Assembly: GCA_041690135.1 (NCBI GenBank)
Contig: JAWLHY010000001.1
Span: 128,001-192,000, forward strand
Direction: 5' to 3'
DNA from: Armatimonadota bacterium
Lineage (GTDB): Bacteria; Armatimonadota; SYMT01
DNA length: 64,000 bases
Shown: positions 1 through 8,871 of the stretch, piece by piece
Numbering within the stretch: the first letter of the stretch is position 1
Layout: every line of letters starts with the position of its first letter
The notes under the pieces: model-generated
Told to the model about the DNA's origin: nothing
What the model saw: only the letters and a program-made list of their open reading frames with translations
Databases searched by the model: none
Position numbers and translations under genes: made by a program

Positions 1-1303
1 CTTCCCACAGGCAGCGGTGGAACTGCTTCATCGCCAGGTCCGTCTCGTAGGTGCCGTCCAGCTCTCCGCGAGCGCGCACGTACCGGATCAGCCACATCCC
101 CGCCTCCAGGTAGCGTGCCTGCTCCCGAGCGAGGGCCGCCAGCATGGGGCACGCCAGAGAGCTGAAGCTGTCGCCGCCCATCTGCAGGTCCATCTCCAGG
201 CACTGGAGATACCACGCTTCCGCGGCAGCGAAGTCCTTCCGGCCAAATGCCGCCATGCCGAGTCGCCGGTAGGTGAACTCCATATAACGTTCGTCCCCTC
301 GGGCCTGGTGGATCGGTAGGGTCTTGAGATACCAGTACTCCTCGGCCTCATGATCCCGGAGGTCGCGCGCCACGCGTGCCAGGTTCCAGTAGGAAGTGAG
401 CAACTGGGATTCGTTGCCCGCCTGCTCCCGGAGCGCCAGGGCTTTGCGGTGCAGGAGATCCGCATCCGTCAGGTTGGCCATGGAGGCCCACGCGTCGTAC
501 GCTTCGGCGGCTTCGAGGGGGTCGCCGACCTCGCGGGCGACGGCTAGCGCCTTGCGGTGCCACTCCAGCGCTTCAGAGTGTGAGCGTAGCTTTCGGGACA
601 TCCGGCCCAGTCGCCGGTAGAGAGGTGGGAGCTTCTCCTCGGCCCCCAACTCGCTCCAGAGCGCACACGCCTTGAGATACCACTGTTCGGCGGCCGGATA
701 GTCCTTGCGGTCCTCCTCCACCCGGCCCAGCCGGTCGGTGAGAGCGGCCTCCTCCGCGGCCCGGCGGTTCTTCCTCGCTTCCGCCGTGAGCCCTTCGTAA
801 AGCTGCCGGGCGGCCTCGTAGTTCCCCTCGTCCTGGGTATGACCGGCCAGCGCTTCGGTAAGAATGCCGAGCTCTGTCGCCATCTCCAGCCGCTGCGCTT
901 CCTGGCGGGCACGGTGAAACGCCGCTTCGAAGAGCCGGAACGGATCGTACTCCGCATAGAGGGGGTGGAGCAGTCGATCGGTGGCGAACATCGCCATGGT
1001 GCGTGTGAAGGAGCGCACCCAAATCTCTCGTTCTTCCTCGTAGGAACGGCGCAAGGCGCGGGTGCGGAGGTGCTCCGTCAGGAAGGGATGGATCTGGTAG
1101 ATGGGTCCCTCCCACTCCGCGGCCAGGCCGGCGTCGCATAACGTCTGGAACAGGCACTCCACCTGGGATCGCGTCCGGGTGGCGTCCACGCCGCGCGCCA
1201 TCCCTTCGAGATGGCCGATGCTGACCCGGCCCTGAAACAACGAGAGGGGGACCAGGAGCGGCAGCAGCTCGGGTGAGAGGCGGTCCAGAACGGACTCCAC
1301 CAT
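1..1303 (-). CDS. Tetratricopeptide-repeat protein (wHTH-like + TPRs), truncated by window start; probably the C-terminal part of a broken CHAT-NTPase-TPR gene
   Basis: Open frame from ATG 1303 (MVESVLDRLSPELLPLLVPLSLF...) to the window edge, absent from the ORF track. TPR-like repeats include 'LGRVEEDRKDYPAAEQWYLKACAL' and 'LGMAAFGRKDFAAAEAWYLQCLEM'. Confidence 0.7.
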   Translation of the reverse strand, partial: MVESVLDRLSPELLPLLVPLSLFQGRVSIGHLEGMARGVDATRTRSQVECLFQTLCDAGLAAEWEGPIYQIHPFLTEHLRTRALRRSYEEEREIWVRSFTRTMAMFATDRLLHPLYAEYDPFRLFEAAFHRARQEAQRLEMATELGILTEALAGHTQDEGNYEAARQLYEGLTAEARKNRRAAEEAALTDRLGRVEEDRKDYPAAEQWYLKACALWSELGAEEKLPPLYRRLGRMSRKLRSHSEALEWHRKALAVAREVGDPLEAAEAYDAWASMANLTDADLLHRKALALREQAGNESQLLTSYWNLARVARDLRDHEAEEYWYLKTLPIHQARGDERYMEFTYRRLGMAAFGRKDFAAAEAWYLQCLEMDLQMGGDSFSSLACPMLAALAREQARYLEAGMWLIRYVRARGELDGTYETDLAMKQFHRCLWE

Positions 1304-1739
1304 GCGCCAGGAACCCGACCTGCGGATCGTGGAGCGCTTCCCAGGGCCGCGCGAGGATGCGTGCGTCGTCGCTGGAGATCTGGAGATGGAGTCGGGCGTG
1401 CCCATCCCTCAACGCGTCCGCGTACATCCGACTAGCGCAGCGACCCCCGAAGAGCGCCATGAACGCCTGCCTGCCCCAGTCCCGGAAAGCCTCCTGCACC
1501 CGCTCCGCATGCTCCGTTTCCGGCGGGAACGGGTAGTCCAGGAACTTCTCCAGGTACCAGTGCAGCTCGCTCGTGAGGTCTCTCTCCGGCCGCCCCTCGA
1601 CCGGAAACCCGTTCGGGGAGGCGATGGCAGCCATCTCGCCCGCATCCTCGTCCCCCGGGCGCAGCACCTGAAACATCGGCGGGTCCGAGCCGGCGAGGTG
1701 CTGAATAACCAGGGTAGCGGGTGCGGTGGGGTGGGACAC
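1300..1739 (-). pseudogene. N-terminal fragment of a CHAT (caspase-like) domain protein
   Basis: 'ELHWYLEKFLDYPFPP...LHLQISSDDARILARPWEALHDP' resembles CHAT N-termini. The frame turns to low-complexity nonsense after ~1300, where the TPR frame begins. Confidence 0.55.
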
Positions 1740-1917
1740 GGCTGGGCTCCGGCAATAGGCTGCTGACAAGGCAAGATGCCTGCCGCTTCGTTCAACGACC
1801 ACGCCTGTGAACCCTGTGTGAGCTGACTTTTCCCTCCGGGGATTATCGCCAGATCTGGCAAAGGGAAAGGCGGGTGACTGTTCGAACGAGGGGTTAACGA
1901 TATCCCGGGAGGCTGCT

Positions 1918-3336
1918 ATGCAAGCGACAGGCGAGAAGAAGGACTCTCGAAAGTCATGGCTAGGTGGGATGACCCTGGCCGGATCCGGAAAGAACCGGTT
2001 CCCGGACTATGGTTGGGCCTACTTCAATTACCTGTTGGCAAAGTGCCAGGCGCTTAAACCGCCGGAGACGGATAAGGAGAAGCTCATCCGCCAGCAGATC
2101 GATGATCGCCTGAAGGCGATTGACGCGCGGGCGCAGGGCGACCTGTGCTGGAATGACCTGGCCGTGCTGGAGCGCTTGCTGATAGAGTTGGAGCCGGAAG
2201 CCAACGTGCGGCGAGAAGTTTGGACCGTGCGAGAACAGTACCGGGTGATCGTGGGCGCCGAAGAGTTTGCGAACTACGCGCTGTCCGGTCCCCCCGACCC
2301 TTCCACCGCCTCCGCAGCCGACCTCCGAGCGGATCTTGCCTGTCTGTTGGGCCGCATCCACCTCCACTATGACTTGAGGACGCAGAGCGAGCGCCTCAGA
2401 TCGCACCTGACGCGGTGGGCGGCGTTCTGGGCGGTGGTGGTCTTCCTGGTCGGCATGGTCTTGATCTACTCGGACTACAAGAAAACCCCGGATGCGTTTG
2501 TGAGCACTCTTCGGCAAGCCCATCTCAATGGCCCCGTCGTGAATCCTCCGGAGGCGCCGGCCGACCTGGCGATATCGGAGCGTAAGTATGCGACCCGGGC
2601 GCCCCTCCTTGCCTTCTGCATCATGATGGGGGCGCTGGGCGGGTTCATCAGCTTGATGCGGCGGATGCAGGCATCCGATCCTCGCGTGTGCGTGGGGGTC
2701 ACCCGGCTCATCCAGTTGGAGCACGGTCGCCACACGGTCATCCTGGCGCCGGTTACCGGAGCTATCTTCGCGGTGATCCTGTTCCTGATGTTTGCGGGAG
2801 GCGTGCTGCAGGGCCAGTTCTTTCCGCACATCTTCCCCGTGGACAACGAGAATGTAGCGAAGGCATTTCCGCAGGGGCTCACTTTTCGGCACTTTCTCGA
2901 CCTGGTGAAGCCTTCCCGCGCAGAGGATGTCGCATTGGTTTTGCTCTGGAGCTTCATGGCCGGCTTTGCGGAGCGACTGGTGCCGGATGCGCTGGAGCGG
3001 ATCGTAGGAAAGGGAACCGGAGGGTCTAACGGATCGGATCCGTTGGGTGCCGCCGGGACCCGCCTGGGCGGCTGGCCGCCGAGGGACGCGAATGCAGGAG
3101 CGGAGACTCCGCCTCCGGTTTCCGCGCGGAAAGAGCCTGGCGCGACAGGCAGGGGTAGGCACACCGACTTGGATGCCGATAAGCCATCCGAGACTGTCAC
3201 ACCAGCGGAGCCAGGGAAGAACGGTGAGAGCGAGGGTGGTGTAGACGACGATGCGGAAGAAAAAAATCCAACTGAGGCAGAGCGGAAGGAGCGAGTGGAG
3301 GGCGTAGAGGGCGCCAAGGTCAAAGATACCGGGTAG
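1918..3336 (+). CDS. Multi-pass membrane protein of unknown function
   Basis: 472-aa ORF with a GGAGG RBS, about 4 hydrophobic helices carrying 'MGALGGFIS' and 'FMAGFAERLVPD' motifs, and an acidic disordered tail. Confidence 0.75.
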   Translation: MQATGEKKDSRKSWLGGMTLAGSGKNRFPDYGWAYFNYLLAKCQALKPPETDKEKLIRQQIDDRLKAIDARAQGDLCWNDLAVLERLLIELEPEANVRREVWTVREQYRVIVGAEEFANYALSGPPDPSTASAADLRADLACLLGRIHLHYDLRTQSERLRSHLTRWAAFWAVVVFLVGMVLIYSDYKKTPDAFVSTLRQAHLNGPVVNPPEAPADLAISERKYATRAPLLAFCIMMGALGGFISLMRRMQASDPRVCVGVTRLIQLEHGRHTVILAPVTGAIFAVILFLMFAGGVLQGQFFPHIFPVDNENVAKAFPQGLTFRHFLDLVKPSRAEDVALVLLWSFMAGFAERLVPDALERIVGKGTGGSNGSDPLGAAGTRLGGWPPRDANAGAETPPPVSARKEPGATGRGRHTDLDADKPSETVTPAEPGKNGESEGGVDDDAEEKNPTEAERKERVEGVEGAKVKDTG

Positions 3337-3415
3337 CTGGAGTGAGTGTTTTCGCCGGTGCGTTTTCCCGTCACTTTGTCCCGGCACGACGCAGCCCAGC
3401 AACTGAGGAGTCATC

Positions 3416-4471
3416 ATGACACGCGCGGAATTCTTGAGCTCGCTCTCTTCGGCAGGGCTGTTGGGGGCGCTGGCGCTGGCGGACCTCGGGTCCGTGGGGG
3501 CCGCGGCGGCACAGGCTGGTGGTGCGGACAACCCGTGGTTGACGCTGCGGGGAGAGAAAGGTCCGGGAAAGGGCAAGAAAGTGGTCCTGATCGCCGGGGA
3601 CCAGGAGTACCGCTCCGAGGAAACCATGCCGCAGCTCGCGCGGATCCTGTCGCAGCGGCACGGGTTCGACTGCACGGTCCTCTTCTGCGTCGACCCGGAG
3701 GCCGGCACGGTCAACCCCAACATTAACCACATCCCCGGCCTGGAGAAGCTGCGGGATGCCGATCTGTTGATCATGTTCTGCCGCTGGCTCGACCTGCCGG
3801 ACGCGCAGCTCCAGCAGATCCTCGACTATGCGGAGAGCGGCCGGCCCATCGTGGGTCTGCGCACCTCCACGCACCCCTTCAACCTGAAGAGCCCCACCTA
3901 CCAGCGGTGGACCTGGAACAGCCAGGTGCCGGGCTTCGAGGGCGGGTTCGGGCGCGTGGTGCTGGGTGAAACCTGGGTGGCGCACCACGGCCACCACGGC
4001 AAGGAAGGGACCCGCGGGGTCCTGGCGCCCGGCCAGGAAGCCCATCCGGTGCTGCGCGGCATCACGCCCGGCAGCATCTTCGGGACCACGGATGTCTACA
4101 CCGTGCGCCTGCCGCTCCCCGGCGACAGCGTGCCGCTGGTACTGGGTCAGGTGACCGAAACCCTGGAGCCGGACTCGAAGCCGATAGAGGCGAAGAACAA
4201 CCCCATGATGCCCGTCGCGTGGACGAAGAGCTACCAGGGAGCTTCCGGCAAGAAGGCGCGGGTGTTCATGACCACCATGGGCGCTTCCCAGGACTTCGCC
4301 TACGAGGGCACCCGCCGGATGCTCGTCAACGGCGTCTATTGGGCGCTCGGCCTCGAAGGCAAGATCCCCGCCCGCTCCAACGTGGACCTCGTCGGCGACT
4401 TCAAGCCCAGCCCGTTCCGCTTCAAGAAGAGCGAAGAGTGGAAACCCGGCCGCAAACCGAGCGAATACTGA
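3416..4471 (+). CDS. ThuA-like (class I glutamine amidotransferase-like) domain protein with Tat-like signal
   Basis: Motifs 'VVLIAGDQEYRSEE', 'GLRTSTHPF', 'PVAWT' and 'RVFMTTMG'; GAGGAG RBS. Confidence 0.8.
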   Translation: MTRAEFLSSLSSAGLLGALALADLGSVGAAAAQAGGADNPWLTLRGEKGPGKGKKVVLIAGDQEYRSEETMPQLARILSQRHGFDCTVLFCVDPEAGTVNPNINHIPGLEKLRDADLLIMFCRWLDLPDAQLQQILDYAESGRPIVGLRTSTHPFNLKSPTYQRWTWNSQVPGFEGGFGRVVLGETWVAHHGHHGKEGTRGVLAPGQEAHPVLRGITPGSIFGTTDVYTVRLPLPGDSVPLVLGQVTETLEPDSKPIEAKNNPMMPVAWTKSYQGASGKKARVFMTTMGASQDFAYEGTRRMLVNGVYWALGLEGKIPARSNVDLVGDFKPSPFRFKKSEEWKPGRKPSEY

Positions 4472-4473
4472 TT

Positions 4474-4787
4474 TCACCGCAAAGGCGCAGAGTAACGCAG
4501 AGTGCCGCAAAGAGGAACCGCAGGAAGCGACTCTTCGACACGGATGAACACAGAGTTAACGGAAGGAACACGGATCCGAACCGGTAAAGGAACAAGATGA
4601 ACAGGATGGGCAGGATAAGCACACGTATCCTGCCCCTCCTTCCGTTACCTTCTATCCTGTGTCGGTTCCTTCCGGGTCTGGCTTCTCGTCTCTCTGTTCC
4701 CCTTCCGCGTACTTCCGCGTATTCCGCGGGCAGGATTGGGCTCTACGTTTCCCCCTCCTTTGCGGCCCTTTGCGTGCTTTGCGGTGA
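4474..4787. repeat. Composite intergenic short-tandem-repeat element with nested inverted arms
   Basis: Outer arms TCACCGCAAAGGCGCAGAG.../...CTTTGCGTGCTTTGCGGTGA and inner ACAGGATGGGCAGGATA/TATCCTGCCC, lying between convergent genes. Confidence 0.65.
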
Positions 4788-4800
4788 GTGTCCTGGGAGG

Positions 4801-6132
4801 CTAACGGAGGTCGGCGATGGGTTTGGCGAAGCCTTCGATGCGGTTGGCATCCATTTCCAGCTTCTGCACGGCCGCCGCGATGCGCACGCCGACGCGCTGC
4901 ATGGGGGCGCGGGTCTCCGTGAGGGTGTTCCCGACGAGGCGGACCTCCTTGGTCTGGCCCTGGATGTCGATCGCCACCCCGTCCGGCCCGCCGCTGTCGG
5001 CGATGGTGTTCTTCTCGAGCAGGTTGCGGTTGGCCCAGAAGTCGCGGCCGCGGTTCTCGTCCCGGAAGAGGACGCCCACCTTGCCGCTGTTCCGGACCTC
5101 GTTGTGGCGCATCACGTTGTCCGTATCGCAGTGGCCGATGGAGATCCCGTAGTTGCGGGAGCCGTCGATGCGGTTGCCCTCCGCCAGCCCGTACTTCACG
5201 CCCCAGCACCAGAACAGGCCGATGGTGTTCCGCTCTAGCCGGCAGTTCCGGATGAGGGGCCGCTGCGAGCCGGAGCCGGGGTGGACCCCCAGGTCGGCGT
5301 TGTCGTGGCTGTGGCACTCATCCACCACCACGTCGTGACAGATCTGGAAACTGATGCCGTCGCCGTTGTAATTCCGGGTGATCAGCTTGCGGAAGGTGTA
5401 CCGGTTGCAGTCCTGGATGAAGATGCAGCCGCCGTAGTTGCCGTTGAAGTTCTCGCAATTGGCACGGTTGCCGTCCAGGACCAGGTTCTCGATGACCACG
5501 TCGGCGGTATGCTCGCTGGTGAGGAGTGGGAAGAGGCTGGCGCAGGTGGGATCGCCGGAGAGCCACACGTTGTCGCGCAGCCCGTCGTTCAGCTTGAACC
5601 GGTTGCCGGAGCGCGCCACCAGGGTCCGCTTAATCACCTTCTGCGTTCCGCTGTGCGCGTCTTTGACCTGGATCACCACGCCGTCGCCCACGCGGAAACC
5701 CTGGCTCCGCTTGAGGGTGATTTCCTGGTCGAACCAGTTGGAGTCGTCGCTGATCGCCACGCGCTCCGACGGAATCCGGGTGATCACCGTGTCGGGCCCG
5801 CTGCCGAGCAGCCGCAGCTGAGAGGGGAGGTGCACCGCGTTGCGCAGCGTGAAGGTGCCCGGAAGTAGCCGGACCGTCCCGCCGCCCATCCGCGCCACGT
5901 AGTCGACGGCGGCCTGCAGCACGCGGTCGTCCTTCCCGGAGAAGTCTCCGTCCTGGTTGCCGACCGTTAGCGTGAACCGCTCTTCCCAGTTTGGCTCGAA
6001 GCGCTCATCGCCGTCCGTGGCACGAGGGTTCGTCACCCGCGGCAGTTCCGCGGCGGCGCCCGAACCCAGGGCGGCGGCTACGATCCCGGCCTCTCCCAGC
6101 AGCATCCTGCGATTGATCCGTCGACTGGACAT
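4801..6132 (-). CDS. Right-handed parallel beta-helix protein (pectate-lyase-like fold), Tat signal
   Basis: 'NRRMLLG' Tat motif, 'LQAAVDYV...GGGTVRLLPGTF', and repeated N-x-x-x-G-I beta-helix coils. Confidence 0.8.
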   Translation of the reverse strand: MSSRRINRRMLLGEAGIVAAALGSGAAAELPRVTNPRATDGDERFEPNWEERFTLTVGNQDGDFSGKDDRVLQAAVDYVARMGGGTVRLLPGTFTLRNAVHLPSQLRLLGSGPDTVITRIPSERVAISDDSNWFDQEITLKRSQGFRVGDGVVIQVKDAHSGTQKVIKRTLVARSGNRFKLNDGLRDNVWLSGDPTCASLFPLLTSEHTADVVIENLVLDGNRANCENFNGNYGGCIFIQDCNRYTFRKLITRNYNGDGISFQICHDVVVDECHSHDNADLGVHPGSGSQRPLIRNCRLERNTIGLFWCWGVKYGLAEGNRIDGSRNYGISIGHCDTDNVMRHNEVRNSGKVGVLFRDENRGRDFWANRNLLEKNTIADSGGPDGVAIDIQGQTKEVRLVGNTLTETRAPMQRVGVRIAAAVQKLEMDANRIEGFAKPIADLR

Positions 6133-6229
6133 GGCGAGCCTCCAGGTGTTCAGGCCCCCCTGTGGGGGGTAAACGTTCAGGCACTCGGGCGTTTTAGGTG
6201 TGGGAGCTGCGGGTAGTCTGTGGCGCCGG

Positions 6230-6280
6230 CTCTTACTCCTACTCTTACTCCTACTCGCCCCTTACTCCTACACCCACTCC
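6230..6280. repeat. Hexamer tandem repeat (TACTCY)n
   Basis: CTCTTACTCCTACTCTTACTCCTACTC...TTACTCCTACACCCACTCC. Confidence 0.7.
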
Positions 6281-6328
6281 ATCCTCGCAAGAGAAGGGGC
6301 GGATATCCAGCCTGCGGATAGAGGCGGA

Positions 6329-7639
6329 TCAGTTGCCCGGCTGGGAGAAGTGCTCCCGCAGGAACGCCTCCTGCCGCGCGGTGAAGCGGCGGTCGACGGC
6401 GTGGCCCATCAGGGGGAAGTTCATCATCTCCTTGGGCCCGCGCAGCACGTTGTACGCGGCGTAGACGGAGGTAGGGGAGCAGGTGCGGTCGATGAACCCG
6501 GCGGAGAGGAGCGCGGGGCCGCGGAACTGCCGGGCGAAATTGACGGCGTCGTAATACGCTGAAACGCGGGTGATGGCGTCGAGGTCTGCGGCCTTGCCGC
6601 CTTCGCCCAACTGCGGCCAGCCGGAGACCCGGCCCAGGGTGTAGCCGGTGTGGTCGCACATGGCCGGCACGTTGGCGGAGAGGACCGTCACCCGCGAGTC
6701 GACTCCGGCGGTGATGAGGGAGAGCGCGCCGCCCTGGCTGCTGCCGACCACGGCTAGGTGCTTGCCATTCCAGTCCGGGCGGCCGGTGAGGTAATCGAGG
6801 GCACGCACGCAGCCGAGGATCACGCGCTGGTAATAGAACGTCTCCCGATCGGTCTTCCCCAGGTGCGGATAACCCTTCAGCGGCCCGGCCTGGGCTTCCG
6901 TGTATTTCGCCGGCGGAAGGTCCACGTCCATATCGTGGACGGAGATGTTCATGGTCACCGCACCCAGGCGCGCATACTGGGTAGCGGGGCCCTGGGCGGA
7001 GACGCCGGCGCCGGGCACCACCAGGACGGCGGGGAACGGCCCCTGCTTCCGGGGCACACTAAGCCAGCCATAAACGCGGGAGTTCCGCACGTTTGCCAGG
7101 TTGATCTTGAAGACCTCCACTTCGTCGGTGGTGTGGCGCTCCGCGGGAGTCAGGCGCGCATCCATGGGTACGCCGGCCAGCTCCTTCTTGCCGGTCGCCC
7201 AGAATGCCTGGAAGTCTTCGGGGAGCTTTGCGGCGGGACGGATCTTTTCCGGAGAGAACCCGGCCGCGCCCAGGGCCACGGCGGTCCGGTCGCCCTTCTT
7301 CACCACCACGCGACACTGGAGGAAGCCGGGCTCCCGAAGTGTGCCGGTGACCGTAGCGCGGCCCTCGGCGTCCAGAGACGTCATCCGAGCGGGCCCCATT
7401 GCCTTAAAGCCGTCGTTCGTCAACTCGACCGCCGCCGAGGCGTTTGCCAGAGGGGTCTCTCCCTGGCGGACCTGGATTCGGAAGGTGGCCTCTTCCCCCG
7501 GGGCGTAGAGAGCTTCCGGACGATCCGTCACCACGGAGAGCTGAAGCGTGGGAGCGGCTTGCTGTGCAGCGGCGGCCACCGTGAGCGTTAGCGACGCGAG
7601 CAGCCGCGCAGGGTGGTGTTGGGGAGCTCGAAATGTCAT
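6329..7639 (-). CDS. Acetylxylan esterase / cephalosporin-C deacetylase (CE7, AXE1)
   Basis: 'PEDFQAFW', nucleophile motif 'GSSQGG', 'GFIDRTCSPTSVYAAYN' and C-terminal 'GH'. ATG 7639 overlaps the upstream stop (ATGA). Confidence 0.85.
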   Translation of the reverse strand: MTFRAPQHHPARLLASLTLTVAAAAQQAAPTLQLSVVTDRPEALYAPGEEATFRIQVRQGETPLANASAAVELTNDGFKAMGPARMTSLDAEGRATVTGTLREPGFLQCRVVVKKGDRTAVALGAAGFSPEKIRPAAKLPEDFQAFWATGKKELAGVPMDARLTPAERHTTDEVEVFKINLANVRNSRVYGWLSVPRKQGPFPAVLVVPGAGVSAQGPATQYARLGAVTMNISVHDMDVDLPPAKYTEAQAGPLKGYPHLGKTDRETFYYQRVILGCVRALDYLTGRPDWNGKHLAVVGSSQGGALSLITAGVDSRVTVLSANVPAMCDHTGYTLGRVSGWPQLGEGGKAADLDAITRVSAYYDAVNFARQFRGPALLSAGFIDRTCSPTSVYAAYNVLRGPKEMMNFPLMGHAVDRRFTARQEAFLREHFSQPGN

Positions 7640-8706
7640 CCGCACTGCTCGTGTTCGAAGGCTTCGAGGGACTCAGCCCGGATTGCCGCCGTAAGCAACC
7701 GGTTGAGCTCCTCTGCATCATTGATCGCTTCCAGTGCGTCGCGGAGTGAGTCCGGCACCCGCTCGAAACGCACCAGGAGCGCACTCACTATCGCCTGGCG
7801 CAAGCCCTTTTCAATACCCTGTCCGATGCCTTGCTCGATGCCTAGTCGGAGGCCTTCCTCCCGGCCTTCCTCCCGGCCTTCCTCCCGGCCTTCCTCCCGG
7901 CCTTCCTCCCGGCCCTCCTCCCGGCCTTCCTCCCGGCCCTTTTCGATGCCGAGGCGCTCGATACTGGTGATGTACGGCATGCGTTTCTCCCCCTCGTACT
8001 GTTGTAGCGAATGATGGAACGTACGGTCAAGCTCTTCCGGAAGCGCCATCAACCAGTCGATTACTCGAAACAGTTCCAGGACTTCTTGCCGATTGAAACC
8101 GCGCTCATACAGGCCCCGTACGATCCGCAGCTTCCAGGCCAACCGGCTCTCGGGCGCTCCCTTCGTCTCCTGGGTCTTGAGGTGGGCCATCACCACGGGC
8201 GCGAAGGGGTTGGGGCTTTCTTCCAATTCTGCCCAGCCGTCCGCCAGATCGCACAGCTTCACAATCGGAAAGCGCAGGCCCGCCCGGCTCTCCCACACCT
8301 CATACTCGTACCGGTCCGGACGCCAATTGGGATCGTCGTCGGCGAGCACCGCCATACTGGCAACAGCGTGCCCATAGCGGTCGAAGATGCGGTAGTTATA
8401 GACGTACATGCGCCGCGGAAACTCGGGATCGATCCAGCCCTGGATTTCGAGGTGGATGAGGATCCACACTTCTTCACCGCTAACATGACGGACCTTGACG
8501 AGCTTGTCGGCCAGCCGCTTGCCCAGCTTGGCGTCGCGGACGATCTTCGCCAGCTCCTTGTCCAGGAACTCGTAGGGTTGAGACCAGTCGATCTCGGCAT
8601 TGGCCTTGGGAAAGAAGAAGGCCATGAACGCTGGAAAGAAGTGCTCGATCACCTCCTTCCAGGGGCTGTCGTATTCGTCGCTCGGATGTGCTTGGCGTCT
8701 CGGCAT
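7636..8706 (-). CDS. Rpn/YhgA-like PD-(D/E)XK nuclease (recombination-promoting nuclease / putative transposase family)
   Basis: 'DEYDSPWKE', 'FLDKEL', 'ADKLVKV', 'IHLEIQ', 'RMYVYNYRIFDRY' and C-terminal GREE repeats. The real start is 8706; the 10110 start is a shadow extension. Confidence 0.8.
   Translation of the reverse strand: MPRRQAHPSDEYDSPWKEVIEHFFPAFMAFFFPKANAEIDWSQPYEFLDKELAKIVRDAKLGKRLADKLVKVRHVSGEEVWILIHLEIQGWIDPEFPRRMYVYNYRIFDRYGHAVASMAVLADDDPNWRPDRYEYEVWESRAGLRFPIVKLCDLADGWAELEESPNPFAPVVMAHLKTQETKGAPESRLAWKLRIVRGLYERGFNRQEVLELFRVIDWLMALPEELDRTFHHSLQQYEGEKRMPYITSIERLGIEKGREEGREEGREEGREEGREEGREEGREEGLRLGIEQGIGQGIEKGLRQAIVSALLVRFERVPDSLRDALEAINDAEELNRLLTAAIRAESLEAFEHEQCG
7850..7938 (-). 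repeat. 12-bp coding tandem repeat (GREE x7)
   Basis: (CCGGCCTTCCTC)n on the + strand. Confidence 0.9.
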
Positions 8707-8871
8707 GTCGGGGTCCGCCGCTGTAGGTACTGCCAGGATGATCGGGTTGTCTGACGAAGGGTACCTCTCAATCAGGCATCCGTGAGAGAGCCTCCTCCCT
8801 TGAGATCTCAACAGACTGGCGGATGGCTCAGCCCGCAGGAGTTGATTTGCTGCCCGGGGAAGTGATGGGGT

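Noticed and set aside
7850-7938. 12-bp tandem repeat as a regulatory or CRISPR-like element
   Set aside because: It is fully explained as the coding GREE repeat typical of Rpn-like proteins.
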